A DNA stretch of 64,000 nucleotides from Candidatus Cloacimonadales bacterium (GTDB taxonomy: Bacteria > Cloacimonadota > Cloacimonadia > Cloacimonadales > DAONDQ01). This document shows positions 57,238 through 64,000 of the stretch, in pieces. Numbering within the stretch: the first letter of the stretch is position 1; each line of letters opens with the position of its first letter. The DNA is taken from assembly GCA_963662275.1 (NCBI GenBank), contig OY759316.1, forward strand, positions 3,104,001-3,168,000, given 5' to 3'. The notes below the pieces were generated by a model, which was not told where the DNA came from, ran no database searches, and saw only the letters and a program-made list of their open reading frames with translations. The position numbers and the translations under genes are program-made.

Positions 57238-58072
57238 TTATCGCCTTGGGAACAAATAGGAAATAACGATGATGTGCCCAAATCTTTTTCCACATTGCAG
57301 GTGCATACTTTTCCAGAAAAGCATATGAGAGCATCTTATCTTCAAAGCTTGGGTCAATACCCTTGTAATAATTTAATATTGTCATCTCTTTCACGACAGA
57401 CTCTTTTTGGGGGAGATGGATACCAATTTTCCCAAGAAAGTCTTCTTTCAGCATTCCAATATCCGGCCAGGGGGGACAATCTATGTAATTGTGGTCTATG
57501 AGTTTCCATCCTAATTTACGCATGTTGCAGCGTATATTACCGGGAAGAATATGACTTTCGTTCAGATATTTTTTGAGTTCCTCTTTACCTTGGTATTTTT
57601 GAGAAAGATAGCCTATTCCACTACGATTGGGTACACAGATAAAAATGACTTTCCTCGTGATACGTGTCAATTCATACAGGAAATCAAATAGTGACCCAGT
57701 GAACCACAGTGCAGAGAAATTCCATGACATATCAAACTGGTTGTTTTCAAAGGGTAATTTACTGTAATTCTCCAACATCTTGATCTCTACATCCAAGGCA
57801 AGATCAGTCCATGTTTTCCGGATCAGTTCTATGCGTTCAAGGTCATGATCACAGAGAGTAACATTACACCCTTGTATTGCTAAAGCAACTGAATTGATAC
57901 CGGATAAACCTGTAAAACCAAAGGATGGAGCTTCCAAGACAGTGTTGAAACCAAATCGTTTATGCAGTTCCAATAACTTATTGTTCAGGATGATTCTTTC
58001 ATAAGAAGAACCAAGTCCTTCATGAGGATTATCATAATATTGTTTCCAATTGTGAAGGATAGGGATCGCCAT
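57230..58072 (-). CDS. Class I SAM-dependent methyltransferase-like protein
   Basis: VLEAPSFG, LPFENNQFD, ELTRITRK.IFICVPN. Confidence 0.7.
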   Translation of the reverse strand: MAIPILHNWKQYYDNPHEGLGSSYERIILNNKLLELHKRFGFNTVLEAPSFGFTGLSGINSVALAIQGCNVTLCDHDLERIELIRKTWTDLALDVEIKMLENYSKLPFENNQFDMSWNFSALWFTGSLFDFLYELTRITRKVIFICVPNRSGIGYLSQKYQGKEELKKYLNESHILPGNIRCNMRKLGWKLIDHNYIDCPPWPDIGMLKEDFLGKIGIHLPQKESVVKEMTILNYYKGIDPSFEDKMLSYAFLEKYAPAMWKKIWAHHRYFLFVPKAINE

Positions 58073-58073
58073 C

Positions 58074-59054
58074 TTACTTTTTTAAAAACCAGTTGATAAC
58101 AGATTCGAAGTTAGGAATTGTCAATACCGGAGTAAGATTTAGATCATGGTATATATCGGTTACATCATATATCCAGCTTTTTGAAAGTAGCTGGAACCGA
58201 CTTGTCCATAATTCATTATGCAGCTTCTGAGCAATTTTCTCACCCCAGGCAAAGTACTTTTGATCAATCGTATATCGGTTGGGATAATCTTGTTTATAAA
58301 TGTAATTGCTAACATAATTCACCAGATCATGAAGTTTGATCGGTTCCCTGTCAGCTACATTATATGCCATACCCGGGGTAAACGGATACTCAACCAATTG
58401 CAGAAAAGCTTCGGATACTAACCTGACATCTGCAAGATGAACCCAAACAAGTTTATCCGGTAATAACATCAGATGATTCTTCACCAATTTCACTAAGGTA
58501 TAAGGAAATCCATAATCTCCAGGACCATAAGTAATAGAAGGACGAACAATCACAGCATGTAAACCATTCATCACGTTCTGTTGGATAATAGATTCAGCTT
58601 GAATTTTCGTTGTATGATAATAATTATCTTGTTGTCTTTCCGTTTGATTTGTTGCAGGTAATTCTAATGGAGCTGCCCCAAAAACACCTACCGATGAACA
58701 AAAAATTAACCGTGATTTATGAGCTAAAGCAGCTTCTGCAATAACCTGGGTAGCAATCACATTCGTTCGGAAGTACTTATCCATATCTGCCTGCCTGCCA
58801 CCACGTAAAGCACCAATATGCAGGATACAGTTAAAATGATTCTCTGCCAGGAATTGTTTCAGAGCGGGTGTATCTGCAAGATCAATAGGTACAAATTGTA
58901 TTTTATCTGTGAATTTATCAATCCTGGAGCCTGCAGTATTTGGTCGTACAAGAGCTGTGATATCTTGATATTTTTCACAGAGTTTTTGTCCAACAAGACC
59001 ACCAATGAAACCACTGATCCCAGTTATGAGTATTTTCTTATCCATTCCCCTCAT
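58074..59054 (-). CDS. NAD-dependent epimerase/dehydratase
   Basis: ITGISGFIG, SSVGVFG, YHTTK, RPSITYGPG. Confidence 0.92.
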   Translation of the reverse strand: MRGMDKKILITGISGFIGGLVGQKLCEKYQDITALVRPNTAGSRIDKFTDKIQFVPIDLADTPALKQFLAENHFNCILHIGALRGGRQADMDKYFRTNVIATQVIAEAALAHKSRLIFCSSVGVFGAAPLELPATNQTERQQDNYYHTTKIQAESIIQQNVMNGLHAVIVRPSITYGPGDYGFPYTLVKLVKNHLMLLPDKLVWVHLADVRLVSEAFLQLVEYPFTPGMAYNVADREPIKLHDLVNYVSNYIYKQDYPNRYTIDQKYFAWGEKIAQKLHNELWTSRFQLLSKSWIYDVTDIYHDLNLTPVLTIPNFESVINWFLKK

Positions 59055-59827
59055 CCGAATATACGACGCCAGAATGACTTCTTTCTCTTTTCATGTTTGA
59101 TATCTACGTATCGATATGGAATATCTTCACCATTGATCATTCTTTGAGGATACACGCTTGTCAACAGGTTAGCAGTATATTCATCAATACTTTCAATAAT
59201 CCTTTCCCGTGCTATATGAAGATTATAGAATGGATTCCGGCAATGATCATCAGAGGCTATGAAATGCACCCATCCATTTTCCAATAAACCCCAGGCAGTT
59301 TCTCTTACTTTCCTGCCATAGCCACCCAACAAACTGGCGGCATTTACTTGGATATATACATCGCGATTGATCAGATCATCCGCTTCAGATAAGTGATTTA
59401 GGATATTTACATATCTTTCGCCGTGTGCTAAGATTGGTTTATAACCCTTACGTACAATTTGGAACAGATTCTCTTTCAAATCCGCCGGGAAGGCATTTAA
59501 ATCAGTCTCAACCAAGACATACCGGCCTTTGTTTAAAGTCAGATTATATTCCTCAATATCATTAGCTACGTCAGGTGCTAAATAGACTTCATAACCAGTA
59601 TAAAGGTCAATATCATTCTTATCTTCCCTTGCAGCATCCAGGAGTGTCTTGAATTTTGGGGCTAAAATCTCTGCGGTATTATCAAAAGAACCTCGCATAT
59701 AATGGGAAGTTAACACAACTCCCTTCACACCCACTTCCTTCATCGATCTTAAACGTGTTACTGAAAGTTCCAAATCGGTTGAACCATCATCAACACCAAC
59801 CAGCAGATGTGTATGAATATCTATCAT
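59051..59827 (-). CDS. CpsB/CapC-family PHP tyrosine phosphatase
   Basis: IDIHTH...DDG, TSHY, AHGERY, ASDDH. Confidence 0.92.
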   Translation of the reverse strand: MIDIHTHLLVGVDDGSTDLELSVTRLRSMKEVGVKGVVLTSHYMRGSFDNTAEILAPKFKTLLDAAREDKNDIDLYTGYEVYLAPDVANDIEEYNLTLNKGRYVLVETDLNAFPADLKENLFQIVRKGYKPILAHGERYVNILNHLSEADDLINRDVYIQVNAASLLGGYGRKVRETAWGLLENGWVHFIASDDHCRNPFYNLHIARERIIESIDEYTANLLTSVYPQRMINGEDIPYRYVDIKHEKRKKSFWRRIFG

Positions 59828-59938
59828 ATTTTCTCCTAAATCCATGCACCAATACATGTATCAGTGTATGATAATCATAATGAATATCGATCTTATCTTA
59901 GATCAAAACACAGTTGAATGGTTTAATACGAATTGGTA

Positions 59939-60823
59939 TTATGGAAGCCGATCCTTAACCATTGTAATAAATTCAATCATGATCTCATTATTCTTCATAT
60001 TCTTAATCATTCTATAGGAATCATCCAGTAACTTTTCCGCTGTCTTTTTTGCTTTATCCAATCCTAACAATCCAGGATATGTCATTTTATTATTTCGATA
60101 ATCTTCGGGTTCCTTACCCAGCAATTCAAATGCTCCCACTTCATCCAGGATATCATCTATGATCTGATATGCTAAACCAATATTCAAAGCGTAATTGCCT
60201 AAAGTGATAGCCAGGTTTTCATCTGCGCCATATAAAATACAACCCATGTCTGTCGCTGCTTGTAATAATGATCCTGTCTTTTTCAAGTGAATATATCGCA
60301 ACACATTGATTCGAATTGTCTTCTTTGTTGATATCAAGTCAACTGTCTGACCTCCAATCATACCACGTGTAGAAACAGCTCTTGCTAAGGTCTTGATACA
60401 GGCTATTGATTTATCCGCTTCAGGAATATCTGCCAATACTTCAAAGGCTTTTGTGAGTAGAGAATCACCAACCAATATCGCAGTTGCACTATCATATTTC
60501 TTGTGTGTGGAAGCCTGTCCACGACGTTCATCTGAGTTATCCATACTGGGAAGATCATCATGAACAAGAGATGCATTATGGACTAGTTCGATCGCACATG
60601 CTGCAGGAATTGCAGGAGTTAAATGTTGAAGATTTTTACGTCCTTTCAGCATTTCGTAGACAGCAAACAGGAGAATAGGACGCCAGCGTTTTCCTCCAGA
60701 AAAGACGGTATATCGCATTGCTTCATGCAGAATCTCCGGCATTTCATTCGCGGGAGCTAAATACTCATCTAGTTTGTCTTCCAAGATCTTCTGGCGTGTT
60801 TCAAAATATTTCTGAACTAACAA
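59939..60823 (-). CDS. ispA: Polyprenyl (farnesyl/geranylgeranyl) diphosphate synthase
   Basis: GGKRWRP, HDDLPSMDNSDERRG, KTGSL, QIIDDILD. Confidence 0.93.
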   Translation of the reverse strand: MLVQKYFETRQKILEDKLDEYLAPANEMPEILHEAMRYTVFSGGKRWRPILLFAVYEMLKGRKNLQHLTPAIPAACAIELVHNASLVHDDLPSMDNSDERRGQASTHKKYDSATAILVGDSLLTKAFEVLADIPEADKSIACIKTLARAVSTRGMIGGQTVDLISTKKTIRINVLRYIHLKKTGSLLQAATDMGCILYGADENLAITLGNYALNIGLAYQIIDDILDEVGAFELLGKEPEDYRNNKMTYPGLLGLDKAKKTAEKLLDDSYRMIKNMKNNEIMIEFITMVKDRLP

Positions 60824-61122
60824 GCACTACCTCTCTTCTTATCCCTTAAGTTACCTATCACATAGTAAAAAATTTAAATTTTCTTCTTTATACTACGATT
60901 GGGCATTTATCTATATTTTTAAACATTGTCAAGATTTAATATGAAACAATTTTAGATTGTACTAAATTCAGTGTCAGGTTTCAGGTGGCAGGTGCCAAGT
61001 GGAACGCTGATTTCTTATCCGCTTGCGAGGCGAATTCCTTTCGCCTCTCCAAGTTCTCTGAGCGATTTTGCTTGCAAATTATTTTCAGATGATGATTATG
61101 GCAATATCATGATAAATCAAGG

Positions 61123-62052
61123 ATGAACATGCTGAAATTCTACCTAATGCTCCAAGTTCGTAGAATTCAAAGGAAGATCTTAGATCTCGACCTGGGAGTC
61201 CACCCTATCGTCGGATACTTTCTCATTGTGACAGCTTTTCTAGGATTATCCATAGCATTGTTTTTCAAGATTAAATACATCCTTTATCTTTACCTGTTAA
61301 TTGCTATGAAAATCGTCAGCATCTGGAGTAATCCCGATCACAGGGATTTCCTGAAGCTCACTTATTCAAAAGCAGATTATTATAAGATAAGGTTAACAGA
61401 AAACCTGGTTTCTGTCCTGCCATTTGTGCTTTGCCTCGCATGCAGCGGTTATTGGCTTGATGCATTGATCCTGCTGATGCTGTCCGTTCTGATGATATTC
61501 TACAGCTTCAAAGTAAAATGGAAGATTGTGATCCCTACCCCTTTTTATAAATATCCTTATGAGTTTATAATAGGATTCAGACTTTCATTCTGTATGGTCT
61601 TCCTGGCATATTTTCTTACCTATATAGCCATGAGATTTAACTACAAAATCGGTTACTTTGCCATCATTACAGTATCCATTCTCTGTATAATGTTCTATAT
61701 GAAAGTGGAAGATCCCTTCTATGTGTGGATTTTCTCTTCCAAAGCCAGGCAATTCCTATTCGAGAAGATCAGGATAGCTGTCTTATTCCTTTTTATTTTG
61801 TGCCTGCCCATACTGGTTGCCTTGTCTATCAGTAATCCTGATAAAATACCCGTTATCCTTGCATTTCAACTGTTGGGAACCTGTTACCTCACAGCCGGTG
61901 TTTTGTGTAAATACACATCTTTCCCGGATATTATTCATTTGCGGGAAACCCTGTTTCTCTTATATTCCGTTATGTTTCCACCATTACTCTTATTCACTCT
62001 ACCATTTTTCTATATTCAGTCAGCCAGGCAGTTAGAAGGATTTTTAGAATGA
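61123..62052 (+). CDS. Putative ABC transporter permease
   Basis: Multi-TM protein; stop overlaps the start of the ABC ATPase. Confidence 0.7.
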   Translation: MNMLKFYLMLQVRRIQRKILDLDLGVHPIVGYFLIVTAFLGLSIALFFKIKYILYLYLLIAMKIVSIWSNPDHRDFLKLTYSKADYYKIRLTENLVSVLPFVLCLACSGYWLDALILLMLSVLMIFYSFKVKWKIVIPTPFYKYPYEFIIGFRLSFCMVFLAYFLTYIAMRFNYKIGYFAIITVSILCIMFYMKVEDPFYVWIFSSKARQFLFEKIRIAVLFLFILCLPILVALSISNPDKIPVILAFQLLGTCYLTAGVLCKYTSFPDIIHLRETLFLLYSVMFPPLLLFTLPFFYIQSARQLEGFLE

Positions 62053-62729
62053 TCATTATCAAAGATTTATGTAAAAACTATGGCGATAACAGCGTATTAA
62101 CCGATGTGAACCTCAGCTTTGAAGCTGGATTAGTGTATGGCGTTGTTGGACCCAATGGTGCAGGAAAAACGACGTTGTTCAAGTGCATCGCCGGCATTAT
62201 ACCCTATTCTGGTGAAATTACCTGCATGTTAGATAATCTGAAGAACCACATGGGCTTTTTAGCTACCGAACCGTACTTTATGTCATTTATCACAGGACGG
62301 GAATATCTGCAGTTGCTATGCAATGCCCGAAACATCCATGTGAAGAATTTCGATGACTCTAACATTTTCGATCTACCATTAGACCGCTATGCAACTAACT
62401 ATTCCACAGGGATGAAGAAAAAACTTGCCCTAATGGGGATTTTGCTGCAAAAGAACCAAATATTCATTCTCGACGAACCCTTCAATGGCGTGGATGTCCA
62501 AAGCAACCTTCTGATTACAGAAATCATTCTTACACTCAAAGCCCTGCATAAAACCTTGATAATATCTTCCCATATCCTCTCGACTCTCACCGATGTCTGC
62601 GATTTCTTCATCGTCCTGAAGGATGGAAGAATCGATTCTAATGTTGATCTGGAAGCATTCAAGGAAATTGAAAAAGAAATGCGTAAAACAGAAATTGGAA
62701 ATAAGATAGAGAAACTGGGATTGAGATAA
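62049..62729 (+). CDS. ABC transporter ATP-binding protein
   Basis: GPNGAGKTT, YSTGMKKK, LDEPFNGVD, ISSH. Confidence 0.95.
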   Translation: MIIIKDLCKNYGDNSVLTDVNLSFEAGLVYGVVGPNGAGKTTLFKCIAGIIPYSGEITCMLDNLKNHMGFLATEPYFMSFITGREYLQLLCNARNIHVKNFDDSNIFDLPLDRYATNYSTGMKKKLALMGILLQKNQIFILDEPFNGVDVQSNLLITEIILTLKALHKTLIISSHILSTLTDVCDFFIVLKDGRIDSNVDLEAFKEIEKEMRKTEIGNKIEKLGLR

Positions 62730-62744
62730 TCTTGAGCGCTGTTC

Positions 62745-63033
62745 GACCCCCCTACCCCCCTTCCCAAGGGGGGATAAGCTTTTTCCTCTCCCCTTAGGAA
62801 GGGGTTTATTTCTTACCACCTTGGGAAGGAGCTGATTTCCTCTCCCCTTAGGAAGGAGGTTTGTTTCCTCCCCCCTTGGGAAGGGACTGATTTTCTCCCC
62901 CCTTGGGAAGGAGGTTTGTTCGACCCCCTTCGGAAGGAGCTGATTTCCTCTCCTCTTAGGAAGGAGGTTTGTTTTCTCCCCCCTTGGGAAGGGACTGATT
63001 TTCTCCCCCCTTGGGAAGGGGGGTAGGGGGGTC
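62745..63033. repeat. REP-like array of ~9 tandem ~27-bp CCCCTTGGGAAGG units with terminal inverted repeats
   Basis: Ends GACCCCCCTACCCCCCTTCCCAAGGGGGG / CCCCCCTTGGGAAGGGGGGTAGGGGGGTC. Confidence 0.85.
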
Positions 63034-63094
63034 TCTCTTCATTCCGATAAATAGAATTCTAGATAAAAAACTACATTCAAAAGGAGACTGGTAC

Positions 63095-64000
63095 ATGAAA
63101 AGAATACCTCTTTTAATTCTACTATTGATACTTTGTTCCTGCGCTTTCTGTGAAAAGTCGTTTTGTGATCCTCTATATCAAGTATTAATCCTGAATAAGG
63201 ATGATACAACTTTCATCGGCTATATCAAAATCTATACAAAAAAGACTGATGGACATGAGAAAGAAATCAAATTGGGAGATGATATCCTGCCGTTGATCAA
63301 ACAGAACTACGCATCTGAAGAGCAGGTCAAGGTCTATACGAACATGATCACAAGCTTTGGATCAAATCTTTTTGAGAAAAGTGCCATTCAATATCATAAG
63401 GTAAGCCAGATGAAAAAGATCGTTGCTTTGCAAACCAGCGGTTTTAGTGGCGGTGCTTCTTATATTATGAGTGGCTCAGAACTGGATGAGGTTGAATACA
63501 GCATATTGAAGAATAAAATCTATTCCAAAATTGGGGGTTACCAGGGGTTAATACTGTTCAATACGAATCCGGCTATTACCCAGCTTGAACTTTACTTATA
63601 TACGCGACAGATACATACAGGAGAGTTATTGAATTCAGAAACTGGTGCTCACCCTTTTCTCTCCCATGACATGGAAAATAATATCAGTAGTATTTGCTGG
63701 GATATCCGTGATGGAAAAATTGAACAACTTGAGCTTATCATTGATACTCTCGAAAAATGCAGGTCATGCTGGTCTGCGATTGCAGATTCACTTAAAAATT
63801 GTGAAACGATACTGCCCAAAGACAGACTATACAATATCGCTGTTATGAAAGATGTGATTCTTTCGTGCGATAAGAAGCTCGAGGAATTAAAAGTCATCAG
63901 GGAAAAAGGGACTTATGTTGCTACTTTAGAAAAACGTGAACAAATGGCTTATGAGCTGTCTCATTGCATCTTTCCGGGTATAAGAATCATCAACAAATAC
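63095..64000 (+). CDS. Hypothetical exported protein (3' end outside window)
   Basis: AGGAG SD, MKRIPLLILLLILCSCAF signal peptide, reading frame appears open to the window end. Confidence 0.75.
   Translation, partial: MKRIPLLILLLILCSCAFCEKSFCDPLYQVLILNKDDTTFIGYIKIYTKKTDGHEKEIKLGDDILPLIKQNYASEEQVKVYTNMITSFGSNLFEKSAIQYHKVSQMKKIVALQTSGFSGGASYIMSGSELDEVEYSILKNKIYSKIGGYQGLILFNTNPAITQLELYLYTRQIHTGELLNSETGAHPFLSHDMENNISSICWDIRDGKIEQLELIIDTLEKCRSCWSAIADSLKNCETILPKDRLYNIAVMKDVILSCDKKLEELKVIREKGTYVATLEKREQMAYELSHCIFPGIRIINKY

Noticed and set aside
62399..62819. Minus-strand ORFs of 122 and 129 aa
   Set aside because: Antisense to the ABC ATPase and starting within the repeat array

Overview
Bacterial chromosome segment of an AT-rich, diderm organism. 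The LpxC-FabZ fusion, split gcvP and secreted proteins with FlgD-Ig/T9SS-like tails suggest the FCB group, most likely Cloacimonadota (inference, not searched). From left to right: (1) the 5' part of an HD-less type III Cas10 gene, then an unusual trailer region holding two isolated single-spacer mini-arrays (one with a compensatory-variant repeat) embedded in heptamer cassettes, then a 26-repeat CRISPR array, its leader and a decayed cas2-like remnant; (2) accessory genes, a complete group IIC intron behind the gdhA terminator, and pit/DUF47; (3) an rrn operon with a ~220-nt intervening sequence in 23S and no ITS tRNA; (4) a type I R-M locus with a frameshifted hsdM and ~10.5 kb of cargo between hsdS and hsdR (Fic, an IrrE/PIN pair split by IS21, IS1182 carrying a nested IS4-like element, IS200-type tnpA with REP-like repeats); (5) lipid A and glycine-cleavage genes, a second identical IS4-like copy, a membrane-anchored PARP-like ADP-ribosyltransferase, mutY, an ispA-to-moxR operon and an ABC pair. 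The most notable signals are the CRISPR mini-array architecture, both IS4-like copies sitting at the same offset upstream of a TTGACA box, and the membrane ART.
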